DNA of 64,000 bases from the NCBI GenBank assembly GCA_902762875.1, contig CACWPS010000003.1, forward strand, positions 94,550 through 158,549. The letters are read 5' to 3'. The position numbers were made by a program, and so were the translations under genes. Shown here piece after piece: positions 19,996 to 29,331 of this stretch; the stretch's first letter is position 1; the number at the start of each line of letters is the position of its first letter. This DNA comes from Oscillospiraceae bacterium (GTDB lineage: Bacteria > Bacillota > Clostridia > Oscillospirales > Acutalibacteraceae). Under the pieces are notes generated by a model. That model worked only from the letters and a program-made list of their open reading frames with translations. It was not told the origin of the DNA and searched no databases.

Positions 19996-21765
19996 ATGAC
20001 CGAAGGAACAATAACCAAGGTTGCAGGTCCTCTTGTAATAGCCGAGGGTATGCGGGACGCCGACATGTTCGATGTTGTCCGTGTTTCGGATAAAAAGCTT
20101 ATCGGTGAGATTATAGAAATGCACGGAGATAAGGCATCTATTCAGGTTTATGAGGAAACTGCGGGCTTAGGACCGGGGGAAAAGGTTGTATCAACGGGCA
20201 AGCCTTTAAGCGTTGAGTTAGGGCCCGGACTTATCGGCTCTATATTTGACGGAATACAGCGTCCCCTTGCCGAAATTATGAAGGTTAGCGGTACTAATCT
20301 TCAGCGAGGCGTTGAAGTACCCGCCCTCTCCCGTGAGAAAAAGTGGCACTTCACCCCCGTAAAAAATGTCGGTGATGCAGTTAAGGGCGGCGATACAGTA
20401 GGTACTGTTCAAGAAACTGCCATTGTAAGCCATAAAATAATGCTTCCCAACAAAATGTCGGGCAAAATAGTTGAGATTGCCGAGGGCGATTATACCGTTG
20501 AGGATACCGTTTATAAGGTAGAAACTGAAAAGGGCGTAGTTGAGCTTACCCTTATGCAGTCTTGGCCTGTCCGTGTTGGAAGACCCTATAAGCGTAAACT
20601 GTCCCCCGATATTCCCCTTGTAACAGGTCAGCGTGTAATAGACACCCTTTTCCCGATTGCAAAGGGCGGTGTTGCGGCAGTTCCCGGCCCCTTCGGCTCG
20701 GGTAAAACCGTTGTTCAGCACCAGCTTGCAAAGTGGGCGGCGGCGGATATTATAGTTTATATCGGCTGCGGCGAGCGAGGCAACGAAATGACCGATGTTT
20801 TAAACGAATTCCCCGAACTTTGCGACCCGAGAACGGGCAACTCCCTTATGGAGCGTACTGTGCTTATTGCTAACACCTCTGATATGCCTGTTGCGGCCCG
20901 TGAGGCATCAATTTACACAGGTATTACAATAGCCGAATATTTCCGTGATATGGGTTATACAGTTGCCCTTATGGCGGACTCCACCTCACGCTGGGCAGAG
21001 GCTCTGCGTGAAATGTCGGGCAGACTTGAAGAAATGCCCGGCGAAGAGGGCTATCCCGCATACTTAGGCTCCCGTTTGGCACAGTTCTATGAGCGTGCGG
21101 GACGGGTAATAGTAAACGGCGGAGAGGAAACCGAGGGCGCACTTTCGGTAATCGGCGCAGTTTCCCCTCCGGGCGGCGATATTTCGGAGCCCGTTTCGCA
21201 GGCCACCCTTAGAATTGTAAAGGTATTCTGGGGACTTGATTCCTCCCTTGCTTATAAGCGGCATTTCCCCGCAATAAACTGGCTTACAAGCTATTCGCTT
21301 TACGCTGATTCTCTGTCAAATTGGTTCAATAAAAATGTAAAGACCGATTGGTATAAGCTTAGGGGCAGACTTATGGCACTCCTTCAAGAGGAAGCCGAGC
21401 TTGAAGAGATAGTAAAGCTTGTGGGTATGGACGCACTCTCGGCTCCCGACCGCCTAAAACTTGAGGCGGCAAGGTCTATAAGAGAGGACTACCTGCACCA
21501 GAACGCCTTTGACGATACCGATACCTATACCTCGCTTAATAAGCAGTATCTTATGATGGAGCTTATTTTAGCCTTTTACGATAAATCGGCTGAGGGGTTA
21601 GATAAGGGAGCGGCGATTGAAAAAATCGTTTCTATGCCCTCAAGGGAGCGTATAGGCCGCTTTAAGTACACACCCGAAAATAATATCGATTCCGAATACA
21701 CCGAAATTTTAGCCGAGCTTGACAGCGATGTTGATAGAGCTGTTAAGACTTCCGACGAGCTGTAA
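19996..21765 (+). CDS. ntpA: V-type ATPase catalytic subunit A
   Basis: Walker A is GPFGSGKTV. 589 aa. RBS is AAAGGAG. Confidence 0.97.
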   Translation: MTEGTITKVAGPLVIAEGMRDADMFDVVRVSDKKLIGEIIEMHGDKASIQVYEETAGLGPGEKVVSTGKPLSVELGPGLIGSIFDGIQRPLAEIMKVSGTNLQRGVEVPALSREKKWHFTPVKNVGDAVKGGDTVGTVQETAIVSHKIMLPNKMSGKIVEIAEGDYTVEDTVYKVETEKGVVELTLMQSWPVRVGRPYKRKLSPDIPLVTGQRVIDTLFPIAKGGVAAVPGPFGSGKTVVQHQLAKWAAADIIVYIGCGERGNEMTDVLNEFPELCDPRTGNSLMERTVLIANTSDMPVAAREASIYTGITIAEYFRDMGYTVALMADSTSRWAEALREMSGRLEEMPGEEGYPAYLGSRLAQFYERAGRVIVNGGEETEGALSVIGAVSPPGGDISEPVSQATLRIVKVFWGLDSSLAYKRHFPAINWLTSYSLYADSLSNWFNKNVKTDWYKLRGRLMALLQEEAELEEIVKLVGMDALSAPDRLKLEAARSIREDYLHQNAFDDTDTYTSLNKQYLMMELILAFYDKSAEGLDKGAAIEKIVSMPSRERIGRFKYTPENNIDSEYTEILAELDSDVDRAVKTSDEL

Positions 21766-21779
21766 GGAGGGGAGACACA

Positions 21780-23153
21780 ATGCCTAAGGAATATAAAACC
21801 ATACGAGAGGTTGCAGGCCCTCTTATGATTGTAAGCGATGTTGAAAATGTAAAGTATGACGAGCTGGGCGAAATCGAGCTCCCGAACGGCGAAATAAGGC
21901 GTTGCAAGGTGCTGGAGATTAACGGCACAAACGCCTTGGTTCAGCTTTTTGAAAGTGCGGCGGGAATTAACCTTGCCGACTCTAAGGTGCGCTTTTTAGG
22001 CAGAGGAATGGAGCTTCCCGTTTCTCCCGATATGCTCTCCCGTGTTTTTGACGGCTTAGGCAGACCGATTGACGGCGGCCCTGAGCTTATCCCCGAAAAG
22101 CGAATGGATATTAACGGCAGACCCATGAACCCTGCGGCAAGAAACTATCCCCAGGAGTTTATACAGACGGGCGTTTCGGCTATCGACGGTCTTAACACCC
22201 TTGTAAGAGGTCAAAAATTGCCTATCTTCTCGGCTTCGGGACTGCCACATGCAAACCTTGCCGCCCAGATTGCAAGACAGGCGGCGGTTCTCGGCGATAA
22301 CGAGCAGTTTGCGGTTGTTTTTGCGGCAATGGGTATCACCTTTGAGGAGTCCAACTTCTTTATCGATTCCTTTAGGGAAACGGGTGCTCTTGACCGTACC
22401 GTTATGTTTGTAAACCTTGCAAACGACCCTGCTATCGAGCGTATTGCCACACCTAAAATGGCGCTTACGGCGGCTGAATATTTAGCCTTTGACCTTGGTA
22501 TGCAGGTGCTGGTTATTATGACCGATATTACAAACTACGCCGACGCTCTGCGTGAGGTTTCCGCCGCACGCAAGGAGGTGCCCGGCAGACGAGGCTATCC
22601 CGGATATATGTATACCGACTTGGCGACTCTCTATGAGCGTGCAGGCAGACTTAAAGGCAAAGACGGCTCCATAACCCTTATTCCGATTTTAACTATGCCC
22701 GAGGACGATAAGACCCATCCGATTCCCGACCTTACGGGCTATATCACAGAGGGTCAGATAATCTTAAGCCGTGAGCTTTACAGAAAGGGCGTTACTCCGC
22801 CTATCGATGTACTTCCGTCCCTTTCCCGTCTTAAGGATAAGGGAATAGGCGAGGGCAGAACAAGAAAGGACCACGCAGCTACTATGAACCAGCTTTTTGC
22901 GGCGTATGCCCGTGGTAAGGACGCAAAGGAGCTTATGGTAATCTTGGGTGAGGCGGCACTTACCGATATTGACAAGAAGTACGCCGAGTTTGCCGACAGG
23001 TTTGAAAAGGAGTATGTCTCCCAAGGCTATAACACCAACCGCACCATTGAGGAAACCCTTAATATCGGTTGGAGGCTTTTGTCAATTCTGCCCAGAAGCG
23101 AGCTTAAGCGAATAAATGACGAGCTGCTTGACAAGTACTACTGCAAGGTATAA
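21780..23153 (+). CDS. ntpB: V-type ATPase subunit B
   Basis: 457 aa with the conserved non-catalytic nucleotide-binding fold ([18 protein letters not shown]). RBS is AAGGAGG. Confidence 0.97.
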   Translation: MPKEYKTIREVAGPLMIVSDVENVKYDELGEIELPNGEIRRCKVLEINGTNALVQLFESAAGINLADSKVRFLGRGMELPVSPDMLSRVFDGLGRPIDGGPELIPEKRMDINGRPMNPAARNYPQEFIQTGVSAIDGLNTLVRGQKLPIFSASGLPHANLAAQIARQAAVLGDNEQFAVVFAAMGITFEESNFFIDSFRETGALDRTVMFVNLANDPAIERIATPKMALTAAEYLAFDLGMQVLVIMTDITNYADALREVSAARKEVPGRRGYPGYMYTDLATLYERAGRLKGKDGSITLIPILTMPEDDKTHPIPDLTGYITEGQIILSRELYRKGVTPPIDVLPSLSRLKDKGIGEGRTRKDHAATMNQLFAAYARGKDAKELMVILGEAALTDIDKKYAEFADRFEKEYVSQGYNTNRTIEETLNIGWRLLSILPRSELKRINDELLDKYYCKV

Positions 23154-23164
23154 GGAGTGGGATA

Positions 23165-23836
23165 ATGGCAGTACTAAATGTTAATACCACCCGTATGGAG
23201 CTGACCCGCCTTAAAAAACAGCTTTCAACCGCCCTTAAGGGTCATAAGCTGCTTAAAGATAAGCGGGATGAGCTTATGCGGCAGTTTCTTGATATGATTA
23301 GGGAGACCAAAACTCTTCGTGAGCAGGTTGAGGAGGGACTTAATACGGTCAACTCCGATTTTGTGCTGGCTTCAAGCGTTATGTCAAAGGAAGCGCTTGA
23401 TACCGCACTTTTAGCCCCCAAGCAGGAGGTTTATTTGGAGCAGTCCACCCGCAATGTAATGAGCGTTGATATTCCCATTTATCATATAAATACCAGAACA
23501 GCAGAGGAGTCGGACATTTTTTCCTACGGCTTTGCCTCCACAAGCTTTGAGCTTGATGATGCGGTAAGCGGCCTGTCGGAGCTCCTACCCTTAATGCTGG
23601 AGCTTGCCGAAAAGGAAAAGTCGGTAAAGCTTATGGCGGACGATATTGAAAAGACCCGCCGCCGTGTAAATGCCCTCGAGCATGTCCTTATTCCCCGCTA
23701 TCAGGAGACCATTCATTTTATCTCGATGAAGCTTGAGGAAAACGAGCGCTCAAGCAGAGCGAGACTTATGAAGGTCAAGGATATGATGATTGAACAGCAG
23801 ATAGAGTATAAGCACACCCACCCCGATGCGGTTTGA
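23165..23836 (+). CDS. ntpD: V-type ATPase subunit D
   Basis: 223 aa coiled-coil central stalk protein (TRMELTRLKKQL...). It is the last gene of the operon. Confidence 0.95.
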   Translation: MAVLNVNTTRMELTRLKKQLSTALKGHKLLKDKRDELMRQFLDMIRETKTLREQVEEGLNTVNSDFVLASSVMSKEALDTALLAPKQEVYLEQSTRNVMSVDIPIYHINTRTAEESDIFSYGFASTSFELDDAVSGLSELLPLMLELAEKEKSVKLMADDIEKTRRRVNALEHVLIPRYQETIHFISMKLEENERSSRARLMKVKDMMIEQQIEYKHTHPDAV

Positions 23837-23850
23837 TTTATCAGATAGAT

Positions 23851-24046
23851 AAAAGCCTCCCTCTGACGAGGGAGGTGGCACGGAATGCGCCCCTTGTCTA
23901 AAGGGGAGAGGGCCAACCGTTAGGTTGGCGAGGGGATTCCCGTGACGGAGGGAGAGAAGGAGTAAAGATACATATAAATTTGTAGTTTTTCTCTCCCTCA
24001 GTCTGCTTGCGCAGCCAGCTCCCTCTTCAGAGGGAGCCTTAATTTT
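23851..24046 (+). repeat. Hairpin-array intergenic repeat, copy B (with an enlarged variable slot)
   Basis: It shares the 28-nt left end AAAGCCTCCCTCTGACGAGGGAGGTGGCA and the right end AGAGGGAGCCTTAATT with copy C. Internal modules GACGGAGGGAGAGAA and TTTTTCTCTCCCTCAGTCT are also shared. Confidence 0.9.
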
Positions 24047-24094
24047 TGCATGGAAATTTCACTCTGTGGTTGAAAATTATCGCCTACTCGGTTA

Positions 24095-24123
24095 TTGATT
24101 AATTTTTAAAAGATATATATAAT
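24095..24123 (+). promoter_or_regulatory. Candidate sigma-A-type promoter TTGATT-17-TATAAT for the HTH-TPR gene
   Basis: The hexamers have 17-nt spacing and sit about 45 nt upstream of the ATG at 24169. Confidence 0.5.
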
Positions 24124-24168
24124 TATAATTGTAAAAGCGCTTTTAACAAATTTAAAAGGGTGAAATTT

Positions 24169-24972
24169 ATGGAGCTTAAAATCGGAAACAGAATAAAACA
24201 ATTACGCAAAGAGAACGGATTAACACAGGAAAAGCTGGCGGAATTACTCGGAATATCATTTCAGGCAGTGAGCAAATGGGAAAATAACATAGCTCTGCCT
24301 GATATAACGCTCGTCCCCCAACTGGCGAGAATTTTCGGAGTGAGTACCGATGAGCTTTTTGCTTATAATTTACAGGAAATCGAAAATGATATAAAGCATT
24401 ATGCGGATTTGTCTTGTAAATTTCGTGAGTCCGACCCTGACAAAGCCCGCAAAATTTTGGAGGAGGGCTTAAATAAATATCCCGAAAACTGTGTTTTGTT
24501 AAACAATTTGCTTTATGTGATAAATTATTCCGAAAAGCCTGACGAAACAATAAAAATTGCGGGAAAGCTTATCGATAAAGCCACCGAAAGCGATATTCGT
24601 TATGATGCTTTGCGTTTTTTGGCGTATGCTTATAACGCCAAGGGCGAAACAGAAGAAGCGGTGGCGGCACTTGAGCAGATACCGGAAATTTATTTTACAA
24701 AACTTTCGGAAACCGCCTTTGTTCTTACAGGTCGTCCGATGTTCGAGGCGGCGGAAAAACAGAAATGGATTTCTTTTGAAACGCTTTTGCAGATGATATG
24801 GAAAACAGCGGAGTATTTTGAATCCGAGGGAGAAAAAGAAAAAGCTGCGAAGGAGACAGAAAGAGCGCTCAAATTGCTTGATGTTTTTAAAGACGAAGAA
24901 AAAATCAAAAACTTTTCTAACTACTCAGAGTTTTTAAACAGACGGCTTTGTAGGATTAAAAGTAAAGTATAA
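24169..24972 (+). CDS. XRE-family helix-turn-helix regulator with a C-terminal TPR-like domain
   Basis: IKQLRKENGLTQEKLAELLGISFQAVSKWENN is a classic XRE HTH. The remaining ~200 aa are helical-repeat/TPR-like. The ATG at 24169 is preferred over the GTG at 24160. Confidence 0.85.
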   Translation: MELKIGNRIKQLRKENGLTQEKLAELLGISFQAVSKWENNIALPDITLVPQLARIFGVSTDELFAYNLQEIENDIKHYADLSCKFRESDPDKARKILEEGLNKYPENCVLLNNLLYVINYSEKPDETIKIAGKLIDKATESDIRYDALRFLAYAYNAKGETEEAVAALEQIPEIYFTKLSETAFVLTGRPMFEAAEKQKWISFETLLQMIWKTAEYFESEGEKEKAAKETERALKLLDVFKDEEKIKNFSNYSEFLNRRLCRIKSKV

Positions 24973-25011
24973 AATGATTTTTTGTGTTGCCGTATTAAAG
25001 ATTTTCAAAGA

Positions 25012-25210
25012 AAAAGCCTCCCTCTGACGAGGGAGGTGGCAACCGTCAGGTTGACGGAGGGAGAGAAAGAGAAAATTGCAATAAAACGCAGCTTTTTCTC
25101 TCCCTCAGTCTCGCTACGCTCGACAGCCGCTGACGGCGGCGGTCACCTCTGTCACTTCGTGACATCTCCTCACACCGTGAGGAGTCACCCTCGTTAGAGG
25201 GAGCCTTAAT
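25012..25210 (+). repeat. Hairpin-array intergenic repeat, copy C (longest; at least 7 consecutive short hairpins)
   Basis: Hairpins read directly from the sequence:
- CCTCCCTC-tgac-GAGGGAGG
- CCGTCA-ggt-TGACGG
- GGAGGGAGAGAAA...TTTCTCTCCCTC
- GCCGC-tgac-GGCGGC
- GTCAC-ttc-GTGAC
- CTCCTCAC-acc-GTGAGGAG
- CCCTC-gtta-GAGGG. Confidence 0.9.
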
Positions 25211-25215
25211 TAATA

Positions 25216-25260
25216 CCCCGCCCGTTTGAGCTGTAATAACTCAAACGGACGGGGGTTTTG
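25216..25260. terminator. Bidirectional intrinsic terminator between the HTH-TPR/repeat C region and lysC
   Basis: CCCCGCCCGTTTGAG-ctgtaataa-CTCAAACGGACGGGGG followed by TTTTG. On the other strand it sits just downstream of the lysC stop. Confidence 0.8.
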
Positions 25261-25274
25261 TATATTCTCTTAAA

Positions 25275-26483
25275 TTAATCGATAAATTTATCGTGAACGG
25301 CTTTTACTGCCCTATCGGCGCACTCGGCATCGATAAGCACCGAAATTTTGATTTCGCTGGTGGAAATCATACGAAGATTGATATTTGCATCGTAAAGCGC
25401 CTCAAACATCTTAGAAGCAACGCCGGGGTGGCTTTCCATACCTGCGCCTACAATAGAAACCTTGGCAACAGATTCGTCAAGGGCAATCTTATGGAAATTA
25501 AGGCTGTCCTTCATAGCTTCTAAAGATTCAACGGCGGTCTTTCCGTCGTCCTTCGGAACAGAGAAGGTGATGTCCTTCGTGCCGTCACGGCCCACCGACT
25601 GGAGAATAATATCAACATTGATTCTTTTTTGAGCTAACTTATTGAAGATTTTGAAGGCAACTCCGGGAGTGTCCTCAAGTCCTACTACCGAAACGGTAGC
25701 AACATTAGTGTCCTTAGCAACGCCTCTGATTAATGTTTTTTCCATTTTTACAGTCTCCTTTACGATTGTGCCGGGTTTGTTTTCAAGACTTGAAAGCACC
25801 TCAAGCTCCACATTGTATTTTTTAGCCATCTCAACCGAGCGGTTGTTAAGAACCTGCGCACCCAAGGTCGCAAGCTCAAGCATTTCGTCATAGGTAATCG
25901 CATCAAGCTTTTTAGCATTGGGAACCTTACGGGGGTCGGCTGTGTATACGCCGTCAACATCGGTGTAAATCTGGCATACATCCGCTTTCATAGTCGCCGC
26001 TATTGCAACTGCACTTGTATCCGAGCCGCCTCTGCCCAAGGTGGTTATATCGTCATACTTATTAAGACCCTGAAAGCCCGCAACTATCACTATGTTTCGC
26101 TTTGCGATTTCGTTCCTGATACGCTCCGGATCCACCTTTTTAATGCGTGCTATACCGTGTTTTGAATCGGTGGAAAAGCCCGCCTGCCAGCCGAGTAAGG
26201 AAATTACGGGACAGCCTAACTTTTCAATCGCCATTGCAAGAAGTGCTATAGACATCTGCTCGCCTGCGGAAAGGAGCATATCAAGCTCACGCTTTGAAGG
26301 GCCGTCGGGATTGATTTCCTTAGCCTTTTCGATTAAATCGTCGGTAGTGTCGCCCTGAGCCGATACAACAACAACAACATCGTTACCCTTTTTGTAATCG
26401 CCAATAATGGTATTTGCTACATTAAATACCCTCTCGGCGTTGGCGACCGAAGAGCCGCCGAATTTTTTTACCATTAGTGCCAT
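25275..26483 (-). CDS. lysC: Aspartate kinase
   Basis: The N-terminus is VKKFGGSSV. There is an amino acid kinase fold plus two C-terminal ACT repeats. 402 aa. Confidence 0.95.
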   Translation of the reverse strand: MALMVKKFGGSSVANAERVFNVANTIIGDYKKGNDVVVVVSAQGDTTDDLIEKAKEINPDGPSKRELDMLLSAGEQMSIALLAMAIEKLGCPVISLLGWQAGFSTDSKHGIARIKKVDPERIRNEIAKRNIVIVAGFQGLNKYDDITTLGRGGSDTSAVAIAATMKADVCQIYTDVDGVYTADPRKVPNAKKLDAITYDEMLELATLGAQVLNNRSVEMAKKYNVELEVLSSLENKPGTIVKETVKMEKTLIRGVAKDTNVATVSVVGLEDTPGVAFKIFNKLAQKRINVDIILQSVGRDGTKDITFSVPKDDGKTAVESLEAMKDSLNFHKIALDESVAKVSIVGAGMESHPGVASKMFEALYDANINLRMISTSEIKISVLIDAECADRAVKAVHDKFID

Positions 26484-26503
26484 TTATTTAACCCCCTGAA
26501 AAA

Positions 26504-27733
26504 TTAGAAAAAGGTATGCAATACTTTGAGCGAGGAAAGATTATTAAACCTAGAAAGCTTTTCTTTAGTGACGCTTTCTTTTTCCTCGTTTGTTATAAAG
26601 GCTATCTCGCCTCTGAACTTATTTTTAACTACGGATACAGCGGGGAAGAGAGCCTCAAACTGTTTTTCCAGTCCGTCAAAATCATCAGACGAAACCCTTA
26701 CATACAGCCTTGATACTTCATCGTAAGCGTTATCTACATAATCGGGTGTACCTTCATCCCAGTCAAGATATTTGCGGGAGCTTAAATGCTTTACACAGTC
26801 AATAACATCGGCCACAACCGCACTTGCAGTTGCCTCCTTGCCCGCACCCTTGCCGTAGAACATAACCTCGCCTGTCTGGTCGCCGTTTACCATTATCGCA
26901 TTGAATACGCCGTTAACGCCCGAAAGCACACAATCACGGCTTACAAGGGTAGGACGGACCGAGGCGGTGATTTTGCCGTTCGGGAGCTTTTTAGCTCTGC
27001 CGATAAGCTTTATTACACAGCCGAAATTATCAGCCGACTCAACATCGTCAAGGGTGATTTCGGTTATACCCTCTGTAGCAACCTGCTCGGGATAAACATG
27101 CTTGCCAAAGCCTAAAGCCGCTAAAATGCAGACCTTACGGCAGGCATCGTGCCCCTCAATATCGGCGGCGGGATTTTTTTCGGCATAGCCTAATTTCTGT
27201 GCTAAGGCGAGCGCCGCATCAAAATCCATATTATCCACTATCATTTTATTTAAAATAAAGTTGGTTGTTCCGTTTAAAATGCCCGCAATTTCGGTAATTT
27301 CGTTAGCGGCAAGGCATTGCGCTATCGGGCGAAGTACGGGAATACCGCCGCCCACCGAGGCCTCAAAAAGGAAATTTACATTTTTTTCGTTGGCGATTTT
27401 AATAAGCTCTGCGCCCTTTGCGGCTACAAGCTCTTTGTTTGAAGTGACAACGCTCTTGTGCCTTAAAAGACAGCTTTTTACAAAATCGTAGGCGGGATTA
27501 ATTCCCCCCATAACCTCAACTACAACCTTAACGCCGTCGTCATTAAGTATTGTGTTGAAATCCTTGATAAACTTCTCGATGTAGGGAGAATCCGGGAAAT
27601 CACGCAGGTCGAGAATGTATTTGACATTAACATCCGTGTGGGCCTTTTGTGTGATTCTGTCGGAGTGATTTATAAGGATTTCGGCAACGCCTGAACCGAC
27701 GACGCCGTGACCCATAATAGCGACATTAATCAT
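26504..27733 (-). CDS. hom: Homoserine dehydrogenase
   Basis: N-terminal NAD-binding MGHGVVGSGV, a catalytic domain and a C-terminal ACT-like region. 409 aa. Confidence 0.95.
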   Translation of the reverse strand: MINVAIMGHGVVGSGVAEILINHSDRITQKAHTDVNVKYILDLRDFPDSPYIEKFIKDFNTILNDDGVKVVVEVMGGINPAYDFVKSCLLRHKSVVTSNKELVAAKGAELIKIANEKNVNFLFEASVGGGIPVLRPIAQCLAANEITEIAGILNGTTNFILNKMIVDNMDFDAALALAQKLGYAEKNPAADIEGHDACRKVCILAALGFGKHVYPEQVATEGITEITLDDVESADNFGCVIKLIGRAKKLPNGKITASVRPTLVSRDCVLSGVNGVFNAIMVNGDQTGEVMFYGKGAGKEATASAVVADVIDCVKHLSSRKYLDWDEGTPDYVDNAYDEVSRLYVRVSSDDFDGLEKQFEALFPAVSVVKNKFRGEIAFITNEEKESVTKEKLSRFNNLSSLKVLHTFF

Positions 27734-27850
27734 TTTTTACCTCCGTCTATTCTTTTAATTGAAATATTAAGCAGAGAATTAAGGCTTAGTGTGTCGCCGT
27801 TAAAACCTGAATATTTGAACACATAATCCTTATACTTATAATTATAGTCT

Positions 27851-27879
27851 ATTATAGTACACTTTTCCTTCTAAATCAA
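27851..27879 (-). promoter_or_regulatory. Candidate promoter TTGATT-17-TATAAT for hom-lysC
   Basis: The minus strand reads TTGATTtagaaggaaaagtgtacTATAAT about 115 nt upstream of the hom ATG. I see no riboswitch-like conserved core in the leader. Confidence 0.5.
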
Positions 27880-27946
27880 CAAAAACCCCCACATTTTTTT
27901 GATTACTGTTAAATATACATAAATTTGATTTTCGGAGTGGAAAGAT

Positions 27947-28993
27947 TTGGAGCAACAATCACGAAAGAGCTTTCTTATTAACACCCTTTATTTTGTTACA
28001 GTAGCCGCAATAATATTTATTATTTGCAAATTTATGCTCCGATTTCTTTTGCCCTTTGTTGTGGGGGGAGCTGTAGCATTACTTGTTCAAAAGCCCGCAA
28101 TCTTTATTTCTTCAAAGCTTAAAATCAAAGGCTCGCTTGTGGCGGGAGCACTTGCGCTTGCTGTATTTTTAGGTGTTGCGGCATTGGTATTTTTTATACT
28201 ATTTAGAGCTGTGGGAACGGCGGCGGGCTTTTTTGAAGAGCTTGCCGCCAATACCGAGATGCTGACAGCATTTTTTGGTAATTTGAAAAATTTTGCCGCC
28301 TCTTATTTTGAAAAACTGCCGAAGAAATTTACAGACCTTTTAAGCGTATTCTATGAGGATGCCGTAAACAGGCTTATGACCTCTCTTACATCTATGCTTT
28401 CCTCGGCGGCGGGTTATACCGTAAAGCAGGCACCGCAATTTCTTTTAAGCTGTGTTGTAGCCGCCGCCTCTGCCTGTTATATAGCGGCTGATTTTAATAA
28501 GCTTATTAAATTTGTGCGTGGATTTTGCGGACGGAAAATATATGATAATGCGGTAAAAATCAAAAACATTCTTGTAAACAGCGTTTTTAAATTTGCAAAG
28601 GGCTATCTTATTATACTCGGCATCACTTTTACAGAGCTTTTTTTAGGTTTTACGGTCTTGCAAATTAAGTATGCCCTTGTTTTAGCGGCGGTTATTGCGG
28701 TTATAGATATATTGCCTGTTTTGGGAACGGGTACGGTGCTTATCCCTTGGGCGGCGGTGGAATTTATAATGGGAAATACCGCTAAGGGGGCGGGTATTGT
28801 GATTTTGCACCTTGTAATAACGGTGGTAAGGAATTTTGCAGAGCCTAAAATTATCGGAAAACAGATGGGCATTAAACCGCTTTTCACCTTGCTTGCAATG
28901 TTTATAGGAATAAAGCTTTTCGGGATAGCGGGAATATTTATTTTACCCATAACCCTTATCGTTGTTATTGAATATTATAGAGAGGAAGAGTAG
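27947..28993 (+). CDS. ytvI: Sporulation integral membrane protein YtvI / AI-2E (PerM) family transporter
   Basis: 348 aa polytopic protein with AI-2E family topology and a YtvI-like N-terminus. The start is TTG, 6 nt after GGAGTGG. Confidence 0.75.
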   Translation: MEQQSRKSFLINTLYFVTVAAIIFIICKFMLRFLLPFVVGGAVALLVQKPAIFISSKLKIKGSLVAGALALAVFLGVAALVFFILFRAVGTAAGFFEELAANTEMLTAFFGNLKNFAASYFEKLPKKFTDLLSVFYEDAVNRLMTSLTSMLSSAAGYTVKQAPQFLLSCVVAAASACYIAADFNKLIKFVRGFCGRKIYDNAVKIKNILVNSVFKFAKGYLIILGITFTELFLGFTVLQIKYALVLAAVIAVIDILPVLGTGTVLIPWAAVEFIMGNTAKGAGIVILHLVITVVRNFAEPKIIGKQMGIKPLFTLLAMFIGIKLFGIAGIFILPITLIVVIEYYREEE

Positions 28994-29045
28994 TAGACAG
29001 ATTTGTCCAAAGTGCATATGATGTAATATAACGGAGTGAAAACAA

Positions 29046-29264
29046 ATGAAAAAGTATGTTATAACAACGGGCTCGGTTACCTATGCCATTAAGGGCCGTG
29101 ACCTTTTAAGAAAACACGGATATAATGTGAAAATTGAGAGGATTGCCTCTGGGGCAAGCTCGGGCTGTGGGTACAGCATAATTTTAAACGGAGAGCTTGA
29201 AGAAGCGGAAAGCATTTTGCGAAATGCGGGAATTAAAATCCTTGAAATTAATGAAAAAATGTAA
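29046..29264 (+). CDS. DUF3343 domain protein (putative S/Se carrier-like)
   Basis: 72 aa with the pattern ITTGSVTYAIKGRDLLRKHGYNVKIERI...GCGYS. It is typically paired with a class V aminotransferase, as here. Confidence 0.7.
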   Translation: MKKYVITTGSVTYAIKGRDLLRKHGYNVKIERIASGASSGCGYSIILNGELEEAESILRNAGIKILEINEKM

Positions 29265-29272
29265 CAAACAGG

Positions 29273-29296
29273 GCGCGGCATAAGCCTATGCCGCGC
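29273..29296. other. Perfect 10-bp GC-rich hairpin between DUF3343 and the desulfurase gene
   Basis: GCGCGGCATA-agcc-TATGCCGCGC. No T-run follows, so it is not a canonical terminator. Confidence 0.6.
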
Positions 29297-29331
29297 TCAT
29301 AACTTAATAGATAATAACGGAGGTGTTATTT

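Noticed and set aside
24982-25197. 71-aa ORF directly downstream of the HTH-TPR regulator, considered as a possible RRNPP-type signalling pro-peptide.
   Set aside because: It has a TTG start with no RBS and no signal peptide. Almost the entire frame is a read-through of repeat copy C, whose sequence recurs non-coding at three other loci.
27734-27946. Lysine (L-box), SAM or T-box riboswitch upstream of hom-lysC.
   Set aside because: The leader of about 115 nt after the candidate promoter is AT-rich and has no terminator or sequestering helix. None of the conserved riboswitch cores is recognisable by eye.
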